Shown here: one piece after another, positions 43,719 through 53,797 of the stretch
Numbering within the stretch: position 1 is the first letter of the stretch
Layout of the letters: each line of letters starts with the position of its first letter
Source: a phage
Reading direction: 5' to 3' (one strand)
Sequence record: PZ154896.1
Length of the DNA: 64,000 bases
Notes under the pieces: model-generated
Told to the model about the DNA's origin: nothing
Database searches by the model: none
What the model saw: only the letters and a program-made list of their open reading frames with translations
Position numbers and translations under genes: made by a program

Positions 43719-43972
43719 TAAGTTGTACCGTTTTCAGTGATTTCACGGAAGATACCATAGATAGGCATTTCATCGCCTAGTTTTTCGTAAACGTAAACCA
43801 CTTCGGTGTAGCATAAAAATTCGGTCCAGTTTTTCTGTACAACAACTAAATCAGGATTAAACAGAACATCTTCAAACTCATCGATGTTTGAATCAGTAGT
43901 TACGTTTTTAATGATTTGACGTTTCATAATATTCTCCTCTTGTTTTGATAGGTCTATAGTATCATAGACCAT
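43700..43972 (-). CDS. hypothetical protein (90 aa)
   Basis: ORF track; own promoter upstream. Confidence 0.45.
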   Translation of the reverse strand: MVYDTIDLSKQEENIMKRQIIKNVTTDSNIDEFEDVLFNPDLVVVQKNWTEFLCYTEVVYVYEKLGDEMPIYGIFREITENGTTYWKETY

Positions 43973-43984
43973 AGTTGTTGTACA

Positions 43985-44509
43985 TCATTTTAGCAAAATA
44001 AAATCAACTTGTTCTGCCAATGAACGTCTAAACATTAATTGACAACTTCCGAGGATGAAATCAGGTGCTTCATAGACCGCGATGTAGTATCCTTTAGCTT
44101 TCAAGAGTTCAACATCCACCTGGTCGTCAAACCAAGCGTAAACCGCGTCAACACTTTCAAATCCAAAATAGAACCCTTGGGCCCAATCTTCGCTCAATTC
44201 AAATGTGTGATCAATTCTATAGTATCTTAAGATATTTTGTTCAAGGAGTTTATCTTCATTTACTGTAGGACGATTAGGGACATTATAGTTGTCGCCGTGA
44301 TGGTAGAAGTTACCTGAGAGTATTCCATGCTTATCAAGGAACTCCCATGTTTCTTCAGAGTTGTCGGTGCCTGACCAACCGTATGGTGAGCGAGGTTCTT
44401 TATTCCAAGAGGTTTCCCAAATTCTGACGGCTTTACCGTCTTCGATAGCAATTCCTGGTAATGATTCACGTTGAGTACAAAAACTACGTTCTACGCGGTA
44501 AACTAACAT
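43985..44509 (-). CDS. hypothetical protein (174 aa from internal ATG)
   Basis: Track ORF 43985..44590; ATG at 44507-44509 has GAGGAG RBS (MLVYRVERSF...). Confidence 0.45.
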   Translation of the reverse strand: MLVYRVERSFCTQRESLPGIAIEDGKAVRIWETSWNKEPRSPYGWSGTDNSEETWEFLDKHGILSGNFYHHGDNYNVPNRPTVNEDKLLEQNILRYYRIDHTFELSEDWAQGFYFGFESVDAVYAWFDDQVDVELLKAKGYYIAVYEAPDFILGSCQLMFRRSLAEQVDFILLK

Positions 44510-44568
44510 ATTATTCTCCTCTGGTTGGTATGGATATAATATCAAAACCAGAGGAGAAGTAAACAACT

Positions 44569-44988
44569 TTATGCAAAAGATGCTGGACAATATTTTTTGA
44601 TTTGGAACTCAGGAACTACCATGAACTGTCCAGCGAAAACGATGTTATAAAGCTTAACACCATCTTCTACCCATTGGTCCGAAATAAAACCAGCAACTTG
44701 ATTCGTTGTCCATGGAGACCCGTCAGTTGCAGAAGCAATAGTAAATTCATGGTCTTTTACAACTAAAACAGACCTGCATAGTTTCCATTTGAACGCTTTT
44801 TCTTCTGGTTCAATGAATTGGCTTTTAACATAACCAATGTTACCATCGGCGTCACGAACTTTAACTTGGTTACGTCCAAAAACCGGATCACTCACATAAA
44901 GAACTTCAACCAACTTCCCGGCAACTTTAGAGCGAGAAGCAACAGATACATATACGTAATCACCTGTAGAGAGATTTACAATATTCAT
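44569..44988 (-). CDS. paralogue A of a tandem three-gene family (139 aa)
   Basis: Shares N-terminal ...V(S/A)(V/P)ASRSK(V/A)AG(K/R)LVEV and C-terminal GFISDQWVEDG.KLYNIVF.G.F.VV blocks with ORFs B and C. Confidence 0.55.
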   Translation of the reverse strand: MNIVNLSTGDYVYVSVASRSKVAGKLVEVLYVSDPVFGRNQVKVRDADGNIGYVKSQFIEPEEKAFKWKLCRSVLVVKDHEFTIASATDGSPWTTNQVAGFISDQWVEDGVKLYNIVFAGQFMVVPEFQIKKYCPASFA

Positions 44989-44997
44989 AATAATTCC

Positions 44998-45495
44998 TTA
45001 AGCTTTAAGAGGAGACACATAGCGAGTGATTTCAGATTCTTTAACAACTCGGAAGTCACCTAAGAATACGATATTGTATAACTTTTCGCCATCTTCAACC
45101 CATTGGTCACTAATGAAGCCACACATGATATCAGTTTTGCTTGGATAACCGTATTCGTCGATGTAATCAAATTCTTTATCGGTTATAAATTCAACACCTT
45201 TACACAAGGCCCATTTGAACTGTACATTAGGCTCAACGATATCGCTTGAAGCAAAGTGTGCAGGTGCAACTTCTTCGCTTGAAGCAAATTGGACTCGTAT
45301 ATGTTTTTCCAGGAATTTAGGACTTACGTAAGCATACTGGGCATCTTGTCCGCCAAAACTGGGCATGATTCGAACTTTAACTTCTTTAACACGTCCCATG
45401 CCGTTAGTACGAAGCCCTGCTACTTCAACCAGACGACCTGCAGCTTTAGAACGAGAAGCAGGAGATACACGAAGGATTTCACCAATAGTAATCAT
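44998..45495 (-). CDS. paralogue B of tandem family (165 aa from internal ATG)
   Basis: Track ORF 44998..45558 trimmed to ATG 45493-45495 (MITIGEILRVSPASRSKAAGRLVEV...); promoter lies inside the track extension. Confidence 0.55.
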   Translation of the reverse strand: MITIGEILRVSPASRSKAAGRLVEVAGLRTNGMGRVKEVKVRIMPSFGGQDAQYAYVSPKFLEKHIRVQFASSEEVAPAHFASSDIVEPNVQFKWALCKGVEFITDKEFDYIDEYGYPSKTDIMCGFISDQWVEDGEKLYNIVFLGDFRVVKESEITRYVSPLKA

Positions 45496-45557
45496 ATTTT
45501 TTCTCTCTTTGTTTAAGTTGAATTCATTATACTCCATCCATCCTTGGATGTACAACA

Positions 45558-46052
45558 TTAATTTAGAATATTAACTACTGCACTACGTGGAACCACACTA
45601 AAATCACCGGCATGAACAACGTTCAGAAGTTCAACCCCATCTTCAATCCACTGGTCAGTTACCCAGCCACTTACCGGTCCAGCGAATGGTCGTCGAATTG
45701 AAACAGCTTTACACAACAAATCAGTAGGCTCAATAGGCTTAATCAGAGTACCGTACATACAAGCGATATCCATATCAAAGTGGAGACCATCTTTAACAGG
45801 TGCTTCTTCAATCAACAGTTCAAAGTCGGTGCTTGGAATGGCGGTAGTAGAAATTATACCGTATGAATTTTTAATTTCTAAGAATAACCAAGGGCCTTCA
45901 GCTTGTTTGATAAAGTTAACAATAGTGAAACTATTACCTTGAGTGGCACCTAAAATTTCACAAAACTTTTCGTAAGCTCGCACTGAAGCACCGTACCAGT
46001 TGATTTGTTTTTCGTCTTTCAGGATGTAAGTAGCCGTAGTATTGATATTCAT
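45558..46052 (-). CDS. paralogue C of tandem family (164 aa)
   Basis: C-terminal GWVTDQWIEDGVELLNVVHAGDFSVV block homologous to A and B. Confidence 0.55.
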   Translation of the reverse strand: MNINTTATYILKDEKQINWYGASVRAYEKFCEILGATQGNSFTIVNFIKQAEGPWLFLEIKNSYGIISTTAIPSTDFELLIEEAPVKDGLHFDMDIACMYGTLIKPIEPTDLLCKAVSIRRPFAGPVSGWVTDQWIEDGVELLNVVHAGDFSVVPRSAVVNILN

Positions 46053-46118
46053 AATGTTTTTCCTGTTTGGTTAAGATAGAAAGATTATACTCCAACCGTC
46101 CTTGGTTGTAAACTGGTT

Positions 46119-46796
46119 TTATCGCTGTTTTACACTTAACGGGTCAGGATTCTCAGGGACATCTTCAAGGCCAAGCGCATAACGCTGAGCATATTTTAAC
46201 ATCAAAATATCTTTAGCACAATCATGAATACTATCATGGGCAACGAATCCTTTTAGCGTACCCATCGGTAATGGACACATACTTAATCCTCGTGTCAACG
46301 AGTAAGCTTCGATTGCAGTACGAATATCGCGTTGAGCCCAGAATTTAACCGGTTCTAATTTATCAGTATCAATATCTGGTTCAAGAACACCTTCATCACG
46401 ATAGAGGTCACGAATCAAATCGACCAAGATCGGGAAGTCAAAGCTCATACCACGGCACCACATCTGTGATTTCCATTGGTCAACTTTATTAGCTCGGCAA
46501 TAATCTAAAAAGATTTTAATGCCTTCAAGCGTAGTGACATCGTCTTCAGACGGAGCCAAGTTTTTACGTGCTTCAGCCGATTGTTCTTTCCACCATTTCA
46601 TAGTGGATTTAGCGAAAACTCGCTTCCCTTTCTGAGAAGCTAAATTAAATTTAATTCGCTTACCTCGTTGAACAAGTTCTTCAAATGATTCAACAACTTC
46701 AGGGTCGGAATTATATGCAATAACCGCAAGGTCAATAACAGCCGCTTTTGATGTATTGCCGAATGTTTCAAAATCTATAATAACATCAGTGCTCAT
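46119..46796 (-). CDS. dexA: exonuclease A (DEDD 3'-5' exonuclease)
   Basis: 225 aa; N-terminal DFETFG exonuclease motif; T4 position next to dda. Confidence 0.75.
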   Translation of the reverse strand: MSTDVIIDFETFGNTSKAAVIDLAVIAYNSDPEVVESFEELVQRGKRIKFNLASQKGKRVFAKSTMKWWKEQSAEARKNLAPSEDDVTTLEGIKIFLDYCRANKVDQWKSQMWCRGMSFDFPILVDLIRDLYRDEGVLEPDIDTDKLEPVKFWAQRDIRTAIEAYSLTRGLSMCPLPMGTLKGFVAHDSIHDCAKDILMLKYAQRYALGLEDVPENPDPLSVKQR

Positions 46797-46805
46797 AATT
46801 TTCTC

Positions 46806-48119
46806 TCAAATAAAATGGACGTCAAAACGACCACGAGTTGTGCCGACATACAATAACTGTTTAGCTAATTCTGAATCGGCATAATGGATGCACGGTGTAT
46901 AAACAAAGGCCGTGTCAACAGACATACCCTGGGCCTTATGGAAGGTTGATACTGGTAGTGCCTTCACCTTAGTGAACATACGTTTAGCATCCCAGAATTC
47001 GCTCCATGGAGCTTTACCACCTTTATTCCAAAATTTGTATGTTTCTGCGGTCTTAGCCAAAAACAAATTGAATTTATAAAGCTCTTCTTCAGAAGAAATA
47101 ACCTTTATATCTTCGCGGATGTATTCTTCATCATCCCCATATGTTTCTACTGTAAGATTCCAGTATCGTATCATATATTCGCCTGAAACACCACGTGCTT
47201 TAACGAATGTAGACGTTTCTACAGCATCTCGAATACGAACGAATTGACCGTTATTGAAAAGCATTTCGGTAATATTTTTACCATCTAGCTTATATGTCTT
47301 AGTAAACGGCTCTTGTAGAACAATGACTTCGTCTTTAATAAATGGTTTTTCTGTTTCAAGAAGTTTTCGGCGAATAATTGAATTTAACTTGTCCACCGAC
47401 TTATTTGTGAATGCCATCATTCGATTTTCGAAAAGGTCTTCAGGAGTTTTAACGACGTTAAAATAGTTCATCATATACGATTTAAGGTCTGTATATCCAT
47501 GAACGCCGTGCCCATCAACTACTTTATCGTAGATCCATTTGCCGTTACGAATATCAGTCGCAACATCAATAATTGGTGCATTGCTACGTTTAACTTCTGT
47601 AAGGTTGCATTGCACGAAGTCTTTGTGAGTGAAGAAAGGACTTAGATACGCAGTTGATTCGCCTGGGTCTACCGGACGAATCTGGCATCGGTCGCCGATT
47701 CCAATTACTGTACACCATTTAGGGATACTAGCTAACATTATTTTAAACAGAGAACGGTCGCACATTGACGCTTCATCAAATAACAGTACACGGCACAAGG
47801 CTAAGTCGGGAACCTTTTTCTGTTCAAACAATACGTTTTCTTCGTATGTAGTTGGGTTGATTTTAAGAATGCTATGAATAGTCGATGCTTCTTGACCCGC
47901 AAGTTTACTTAGAACCTTTTTAGCAGCATGTGTAGGGGCTGCTAAAATAATACCTGATTCTCCAGAAGAAATAAGGGCTTCAACGATGAATCTAGTAAGG
48001 GTTGTTTTACCTGTACCAGCAGGCCCATTAATAGTTACGTGATGTTTCTTTTCTTTAATAGCGGTCATAACAACGTTGAAGGCGTTTTTCTGGCCTTCAG
48101 TCAAATCATCAAATGTCAT
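46806..48119 (-). CDS. dda: Dda DNA helicase (SF1B)
   Basis: 437 aa; Walker A GPAGTGKTT; T4 Dda length. Confidence 0.9.
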   Translation of the reverse strand: MTFDDLTEGQKNAFNVVMTAIKEKKHHVTINGPAGTGKTTLTRFIVEALISSGESGIILAAPTHAAKKVLSKLAGQEASTIHSILKINPTTYEENVLFEQKKVPDLALCRVLLFDEASMCDRSLFKIMLASIPKWCTVIGIGDRCQIRPVDPGESTAYLSPFFTHKDFVQCNLTEVKRSNAPIIDVATDIRNGKWIYDKVVDGHGVHGYTDLKSYMMNYFNVVKTPEDLFENRMMAFTNKSVDKLNSIIRRKLLETEKPFIKDEVIVLQEPFTKTYKLDGKNITEMLFNNGQFVRIRDAVETSTFVKARGVSGEYMIRYWNLTVETYGDDEEYIREDIKVISSEEELYKFNLFLAKTAETYKFWNKGGKAPWSEFWDAKRMFTKVKALPVSTFHKAQGMSVDTAFVYTPCIHYADSELAKQLLYVGTTRGRFDVHFI

Positions 48120-48427
48120 CGTAAAGTCCCTGCAATTGGAATACTAACAATACGGCCTGTGTCCAGGATTCGTTGATACAATCTTTGCGTCTCCGCATCT
48201 AGTTTAACGTGTTTCATTTCAAGCTTATTAAACCAGAACTTACGCGGAGTTTCGACCATTCTTAGAACTCCCATTTTTAAATCTGTTTTATACTGTGTTT
48301 TCAAAGTATCGAAAACTTTATCTGCAATATCCTTTCTAAAAAATACTGCAGGACGATGCTCATCAAGTGGAACCGGGACAGTAAATCCTTCCATATCTCG
48401 ATAAACTATTGCATATACATAAACCAT
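48116..48427 (-). CDS. hypothetical protein (103 aa; dda.1-position)
   Basis: ORF track. Confidence 0.45.
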   Translation of the reverse strand: MVYVYAIVYRDMEGFTVPVPLDEHRPAVFFRKDIADKVFDTLKTQYKTDLKMGVLRMVETPRKFWFNKLEMKHVKLDAETQRLYQRILDTGRIVSIPIAGTLR

Positions 48428-48429
48428 AA

Positions 48430-49176
48430 TTAACCTTTAATCAGTTGGAATAATGATGCGCTAAGTGGTAAGCCACGTTTCAATTTTAATTTACCAATGA
48501 AACCAATCTTTTCAAAACGTTGCAGACCTTGGATAACTTTATCATATGTATCGAAAAGCGATTCAGCGTCAGTTAATTTAGTTTTAGTTTTCCAGTCAGA
48601 ACCTTTAAGAAGAACGTTGAGTTTAGTAAGTTCATGGCCTTCTGCTTGATGTGAGCCATTAATGCGTGCTTTCAAAGCAACAATTCTAAGTTTAGATTCG
48701 TTAGATAAAGGTTGATTTTTCATCATGTTCGCCATATGCTTAACACGATTTTCACGTTTTGCTCGGATTTTTAAAATAGTACCATAAACCTTTTTAATTT
48801 GGGCCCATTTCTTCTCGTCGAGATTAAGTTTCTCTACTTTACGAGCAGAAGGATTAGCGATACGTCTTGCAATGGCATCACGTTTCTCAATAAGTTCTTC
48901 TAATGTTAAATCAGAACGAGCTGTGTTATATTTTTTCTTAACTGGGATAACATTACCTTTAATGTAGCCGATATCGTTATTAAAACGTTCTAAGGATAAT
49001 TTCTCACCTTCAACAGAGTTATTGAAAGATTCACCTGAGTAAGCGCAGACCTTTTGATCAAGAATGTTTTTAAGGTAATTAAAATCTAAGTTAAAATCCT
49101 TAGAGCGTCTCTTCGCAGAAGCTCTGGTGTGGTCAAGACGACGATTGATTTTGTTAATTTTATTATTTGATAACAT
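48430..49176 (-). CDS. hypothetical basic protein (248 aa; srd-position)
   Basis: ORF track; T4 has Srd (~247 aa) here; identity not verifiable. Confidence 0.4.
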   Translation of the reverse strand: MLSNNKINKINRRLDHTRASAKRRSKDFNLDFNYLKNILDQKVCAYSGESFNNSVEGEKLSLERFNNDIGYIKGNVIPVKKKYNTARSDLTLEELIEKRDAIARRIANPSARKVEKLNLDEKKWAQIKKVYGTILKIRAKRENRVKHMANMMKNQPLSNESKLRIVALKARINGSHQAEGHELTKLNVLLKGSDWKTKTKLTDAESLFDTYDKVIQGLQRFEKIGFIGKLKLKRGLPLSASLFQLIKG

Positions 49177-49328
49177 AATATTTTCCTCTGTCTTACGGAC
49201 GTTAGGTCATTTAGCTGATAGGTCTATAATATCATGCCCTCAGGTAGTGTACACTCTTTTTTCATAAAATGCTTTAATTTTTTATGTGTTATAATGGTTC
49301 TGAGTTCCATCCGGTTATTCCAATTCAG

Positions 49329-49937
49329 TCAGTAACTGACAATAGACAGATTCCAGATTGTATAACGTCCATCTTGAATAATAGAATCTACACGCAGTGT
49401 AGTCCCTATAGGGAGCATAAATTCACATTCGTCAGATATAAGTCTAGCATTAGACCGTCTTGTCGCTTCAGGGAAAGCTCCGTTGAACTCACAAGACGGT
49501 GCAGCCAGAATCATATTAAGCATATGTTCACGGAAGTTGAAAGCAAATGGTGCATCTTTGACGCAGAACATATTAAATGTTCCATAAAAATTATATGAAG
49601 CGAAGTTACGTGCTACACCAAACACCGGACTAAAGCTCATTACTCTGTCAAATTTAATAATACTACCAACGCCTTTATCATCGAGTGTGGCCATAGTTTT
49701 CTTAGAGATTCCACGATACATTGTCTCAGGAACAGAAGACGTCCAATTTCTACGAACAATTGCACTTAAATCTTGTTGGATGCTATCAGGCTTGTTTTCC
49801 ATACACTGCCACAGTACACTTTGTTCAATGTCGCTGAATTGACTATCAATTTCGTACTGCAATACATCTTGATATTCGGGGTTTTGAGCACGACGAACCA
49901 TTTCTTCAATTTCACATTCATTATACGGCATAAACAT
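49329..49937 (-). CDS. ADP-ribosyltransferase, ModA/ModB-like
   Basis: 202 aa; ART signature order R (YRGIS), S-x-S (MSFSP), E-x-E (DECEF); T4 mod position. Confidence 0.55.
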   Translation of the reverse strand: MFMPYNECEIEEMVRRAQNPEYQDVLQYEIDSQFSDIEQSVLWQCMENKPDSIQQDLSAIVRRNWTSSVPETMYRGISKKTMATLDDKGVGSIIKFDRVMSFSPVFGVARNFASYNFYGTFNMFCVKDAPFAFNFREHMLNMILAAPSCEFNGAFPEATRRSNARLISDECEFMLPIGTTLRVDSIIQDGRYTIWNLSIVSY

Positions 49938-50284
49938 TTAGGTTTCTCCTGTGGTTGATAAAAGTATAGTATCATCGTCAGTAGAGTTTGTACACTAAAA
50001 ATTCAACATTTTCAAATGAATGATTTTGTTAGGTATTCGCGTTCTTGAAGTTCAGATTGACATGTCATGATAGACCTCCATTTAAAGATAAGCCTATCAT
50101 AACACGAGAGGAGGGAATGTAAACTACTTTTTAAGCTTTCCTACTAAAGGTCCATCAGGGCCAGGTTGTTCTAACATGAATAAGGATGCTTTAAAAAGCA
50201 ATGTCAACCCTTTCACCATTCGATACCATGTCTCAAAGTCTTTTTCCTTGATTTCTAGTAAGAATTTCTCTTTAAATTTCTCTT

Positions 50285-50473
50285 TCATTTCCAAGGACTC
50301 CATGGTGGAGGGTCGTCATAATAAGAGGCAAGGTCTTTCAGGGCTTCAACAGGTAAACTAAAGCCGTGACGTTGTATAATACTATCTAGTTCATCAACAA
50401 GTTCACTACGATGCACTTTAGGAGCCTCAACTTCAGGCTCATCAAACATACTCATCAAGTCCATATTATTCAC
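50285..50473 (-). CDS. hypothetical acidic protein (62 aa)
   Basis: ORF track. Confidence 0.4.
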   Translation of the reverse strand: MNNMDLMSMFDEPEVEAPKVHRSELVDELDSIIQRHGFSLPVEALKDLASYYDDPPPWSPWK

Positions 50474-50930
50474 CGAGATAAAAACTAGCAGGTTCAGAGA
50501 ATGTTTCTAGTGCTACACCTTTTGTCTTAAAAAATTTCCAAATAGCTCGTTGCAAATGGGTTAAATCTGCTAATGATGTAATAAAGTATTTTTTAGCAAA
50601 ATACTTATGGTCTCGCTTTTCAAACAGGTCTAAACGCTTTTCAGGATTCACATAAACGGCATTTTCCGTAGATTCATAACCTAAGTCCTTTATGCCTTCT
50701 TCAAGACTAAACGGAGAATTTTTAGAACGAGTAATAGCTCCAACTCGCTCTACACGAATTTTGTAACCTTTAGGAATCTGCAATTTACAGAATTCTTCTA
50801 CGATATATTGCGGATTATTTAGACTTTTGTTAATGAGAATAGCTATTTCTAGTGGAGTCTTATCTTCTACTGGTATATGTTTAAAAGACTTGGCTTCAAG
50901 CAAATACATTTTAAATAACATAGCATCCAT
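50466..50930 (-). CDS. hypothetical protein (154 aa)
   Basis: ORF track. Confidence 0.45.
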   Translation of the reverse strand: MDAMLFKMYLLEAKSFKHIPVEDKTPLEIAILINKSLNNPQYIVEEFCKLQIPKGYKIRVERVGAITRSKNSPFSLEEGIKDLGYESTENAVYVNPEKRLDLFEKRDHKYFAKKYFITSLADLTHLQRAIWKFFKTKGVALETFSEPASFYLGE

Positions 50931-51136
50931 TATAATTTCCTCGATGGTTCACCCATATAAAGTTTTACAATACGTTCGCCTTCATCTTCGATGAGCTTCT
51001 CTTCGTGTTTCTGGAATTCTTTAGCCATATTCTCTTCAAGAACATCCAGCCAATCTTCCGGACCGACACCATCGTCCCAGCTTTTAAACCATTTAACTAT
51101 CTTGTTCATTCGCAGCTCCCTGAGCTTGAACCACAA
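50930..51136 (-). CDS. hypothetical protein (68 aa or shorter)
   Basis: ORF track. Confidence 0.35.
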   Translation of the reverse strand: MWFKLRELRMNKIVKWFKSWDDGVGPEDWLDVLEENMAKEFQKHEEKLIEDEGERIVKLYMGEPSRKL

Positions 51137-51354
51137 TCAGAATAACTTGACCCAGAATCGCCAGGCCAAGACGATACGTATGAATGATTATAATCGGAAG
51201 AGCTTGAAGCATTAAACTGTTTTGTTTTTGGACGAACAACTTCTTCCATCATTCCGTCGCCGATATATTCCCAACTTTTTTCGTGTGTATCAGGAATAGG
51301 CATCATACCTTCGCCTGGTTTAACAGCAAACAACTTCTTCAGCATCGTAAGCAT
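51106..51354 (-). CDS. hypothetical Ser-rich protein (82 aa from internal ATG)
   Basis: Internal ATG 51352-51354 with GAGGA RBS; C-terminus SSSSDYNHSYVSSWPGDSGSSYSDCGSSSGSCE. Confidence 0.4.
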   Translation of the reverse strand: MLTMLKKLFAVKPGEGMMPIPDTHEKSWEYIGDGMMEEVVRPKTKQFNASSSSDYNHSYVSSWPGDSGSSYSDCGSSSGSCE

Positions 51355-51547
51355 TAATTGTTCCTCGAACAAAACGGACACCACCGTCATCCCAACGGAT
51401 TTCGGCATTAAATTTGACGTCTTCACCATCCATCATGAATGAGTGTACGACTACATCATCGTAATATCCAAGACCGTATTTCAACGAAACTTCTTGAGCA
51501 ATCAAAGCACCTAATGTGTTATTAGGTTTAATCCAACGATTTAACAT
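51320..51547 (-). CDS. hypothetical protein (75 aa from internal ATG)
   Basis: Internal ATG with GAGGAG RBS (MLNRWIKPNN...). Confidence 0.4.
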   Translation of the reverse strand: MLNRWIKPNNTLGALIAQEVSLKYGLGYYDDVVVHSFMMDGEDVKFNAEIRWDDGGVRFVRGTINAYDAEEVVCC

Positions 51548-51612
51548 ATTGTTCTCCTCTTGAGTAAGTAAGAATATCTTAACACAGTTTTTAGTGGTTG
51601 TAAACTGTAGAA

Positions 51613-51640
51613 ACAAAAAAAGGAATCCCGAAGGATTCCT
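51613..51640 (-). terminator. rho-independent terminator after soc (AGGAATCC-ttcg-GGATTCCT + U7)
   Basis: 8-bp stem 51621-51640, seven-U tract on minus strand. Confidence 0.75.
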
Positions 51641-51648
51641 TAAATTAT

Positions 51649-51885
51649 TTAACCACTTACTGGCGTAGGGGTAAACATTGCAGCGTTCTTAGTTTTCCAA
51701 TCAGCTGCATCAGAAACTACAGTAGAATATGCTGCCTTTTCTGATGGAAAGATTTGGTAATGAGAATCCGCAATCCGATGTTCGTTTGAATAAATCTCAA
51801 ACGGTACAGAAACTTCCATACCTTTAACTTCTTTGCCTTCACCGGCTGGATGCGTAAAGGTTTTGATGTTTACATAACCACCCAT
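51649..51885 (-). CDS. soc: small outer capsid protein Soc
   Basis: 78 aa; GYVNIKTF...HYQIFPSEKAAYSTV matches T4 Soc. Confidence 0.9.
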   Translation of the reverse strand: MGGYVNIKTFTHPAGEGKEVKGMEVSVPFEIYSNEHRIADSHYQIFPSEKAAYSTVVSDAADWKTKNAAMFTPTPVSG

Positions 51886-51916
51886 AATTAACTCCTTTGT
51901 TGTTTAATTACAGGTG

Positions 51917-51924
51917 TATTTATA
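51917..51924 (-). promoter_or_regulatory. late promoter TATAAATA (soc)
   Basis: Exact TATAAATA on minus strand ~32 nt upstream of soc ATG. Confidence 0.55.
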
Positions 51925-51930
51925 ACTTAA

Positions 51931-52452
51931 TTAGTAACCATTATCCTGGCGTTCAAAGTTGTGTTGGTTTTTCAGGTAATACAGTTTGAAGATTTCTTCA
52001 GCAGAAAGTCCTAGACCTTGGAACATATTTAGAACGAAATGTAGAATATCAATCATTTCAAATTTAATTTCAAGCTGGTCTTCAGGAGACAGTTCATCGA
52101 TACGACGATTTCGATATTCAGCATGTTGTGCTTTCCAAGGCTTCCATACAGAGCTAGCGGCTTTTTCACCATTGCTCATACCACCAAGTGAAGTCAGCAG
52201 TTCACGGAATTCATCATCAATATAATCTTTCTGATTACGCAGCCAATCAACAACATCACCAGCAGTGGCCAATTCATCAGGATGTTTGTTATGTTCAGGC
52301 TTGTCATTTGCCAGACGAACCTGTAAAGATTTCTGCATATCAAGCATTACCTGCAGAGGGTCTTTATCTTCATGAATCAGAGCATTAAAATAAGCTTCTT
52401 CTGCTTTATCAACACCAGAAATAAGTTGTGAACATTCGTTAAAGTGCGCCAT
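51931..52452 (-). CDS. 56: dCTPase/dUTPase gp56
   Basis: Internal ATG (MAHFNEC...) with AAAGGA RBS, 173 aa; strong match to T4 gp56 (DPLQVMLDMQ, FRELLTSLG, SPEDQLEIKFE). Confidence 0.88.
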   Translation of the reverse strand: MAHFNECSQLISGVDKAEEAYFNALIHEDKDPLQVMLDMQKSLQVRLANDKPEHNKHPDELATAGDVVDWLRNQKDYIDDEFRELLTSLGGMSNGEKAASSVWKPWKAQHAEYRNRRIDELSPEDQLEIKFEMIDILHFVLNMFQGLGLSAEEIFKLYYLKNQHNFERQDNGY

Positions 52453-52541
52453 TATTTTTCCTTTCAATTCAGTATAAGAGAGTTAATTCTAACATTAATT
52501 TTATAAAGCGTAATAAATAATAAGGTAACTAAGGAGATATT

Positions 52542-52739
52542 ATGTTTAAACTTCCATCGTTAATCAACGCTATTAAAGGCAATAAAAAGAAAACTGCTAT
52601 CGCTGCAATAGTTGTGGGTGGCATTATTTCATGGAACTTCGGGATTGCGCCATTGTTAGTTGCCCATGGTGTTATGGTTCCTTCTGTTCCATTGGATACT
52701 GTAGTTGATTTGGCCTTTGCTATTATAGGGCTTGTTTAA
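52542..52739 (+). CDS. small hydrophobic membrane protein (65 aa) on the opposite strand
   Basis: Strong RBS AAGGAGATATT-ATG; fills the gap between gene 61 stop and gene 56 start; two predicted TM segments. Confidence 0.5.
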   Translation: MFKLPSLINAIKGNKKKTAIAAIVVGGIISWNFGIAPLLVAHGVMVPSVPLDTVVDLAFAIIGLV

Positions 52740-53758
52740 ATCTTCGAATAACGAGATAACCTCATTTTAGCATGCAACCCACTTGAAATATTCTGTTTCA
52801 TATATTCTAAAATTTCTTGTGGTGTTGCATTTTCTTTCATTACCATATCATTCACATCCTTTGATCTCCACGGAGCTCGGTCCCAGAACATGACACGTTC
52901 GCCTGCATCAACTAATCGCTTCATGCGAGCTATAGTATCCGGATGCCTAGGTTCATTATCCATTACCCATACCCGACGTTCTTTAAATGGTACCACATCT
53001 AAATCTATTGAGCCGCCTGTAATAGCGATTGCATTGGGTATGAATAAACTATCAATAGGGCCTTCCATTACCCAGACGTCTCCTTCCTTAACACGTTCAA
53101 CACCATAAATTTTTGTTGCAGACTCAAATGCTTTAATAGTGATATATTTCTGAGGAGCATCTTTACGAAGTGCACGTCCTTGGAATGACTCGGCCTTCCC
53201 ATCTTTATTAAAAATAGGAATCACTAAACGTGGTTCTGGAATCTCTTTCTTATACGTACCAGGTTGAATCTTGTTGACCAATTTGGGCCATTCTAATGTG
53301 AACCATAATCTGTTCCATGATTCTTTAGGAATGCATCGAGACTTAACATATTTCACAATAGGATGCTCTTCAGGCAGCTTGTCCAGACGAGAACAAGACG
53401 GCAAAGAATTTATAGTCTTTTTCTCTGGCTCCGGCTTAGCTTCAGGAACCTTTTCAATCTTTGGTTCCATTCTAGCTTTTTCTTTACGAACTTCCATTAG
53501 ATATTCGCGGTAAAGCTCTTCATCATACTCTTTTAAGTATCCGGAAATTGTATTGTGGTATTGACAATTATAGCAATGTACATTACCAGGAGTACCGCCA
53601 TAATACCATCCACGAGCTTTCATTGCATCTGTCTGGGAGTCGCCACAAACTGGACATCGAAATGTTAATTTAAATGTACTTGAATTATTGATTTGTCTAA
53701 AACGAGGTAGGTGAGAAAACGCACGATAAGCAAATTCATTATCTATCCATTCAGCCAT
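52736..53758 (-). CDS. 61: DNA primase gp61
   Basis: 340 aa; N-terminal zinc ribbon CPVCG...CYNC and TOPRIM-like core; T4 gp61 length. Confidence 0.88.
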   Translation of the reverse strand: MAEWIDNEFAYRAFSHLPRFRQINNSSTFKLTFRCPVCGDSQTDAMKARGWYYGGTPGNVHCYNCQYHNTISGYLKEYDEELYREYLMEVRKEKARMEPKIEKVPEAKPEPEKKTINSLPSCSRLDKLPEEHPIVKYVKSRCIPKESWNRLWFTLEWPKLVNKIQPGTYKKEIPEPRLVIPIFNKDGKAESFQGRALRKDAPQKYITIKAFESATKIYGVERVKEGDVWVMEGPIDSLFIPNAIAITGGSIDLDVVPFKERRVWVMDNEPRHPDTIARMKRLVDAGERVMFWDRAPWRSKDVNDMVMKENATPQEILEYMKQNISSGLHAKMRLSRYSKI

Positions 53759-53797
53759 AGTATTCTCCAGAGGCCTTAAATTAATAAGGCCATCATA

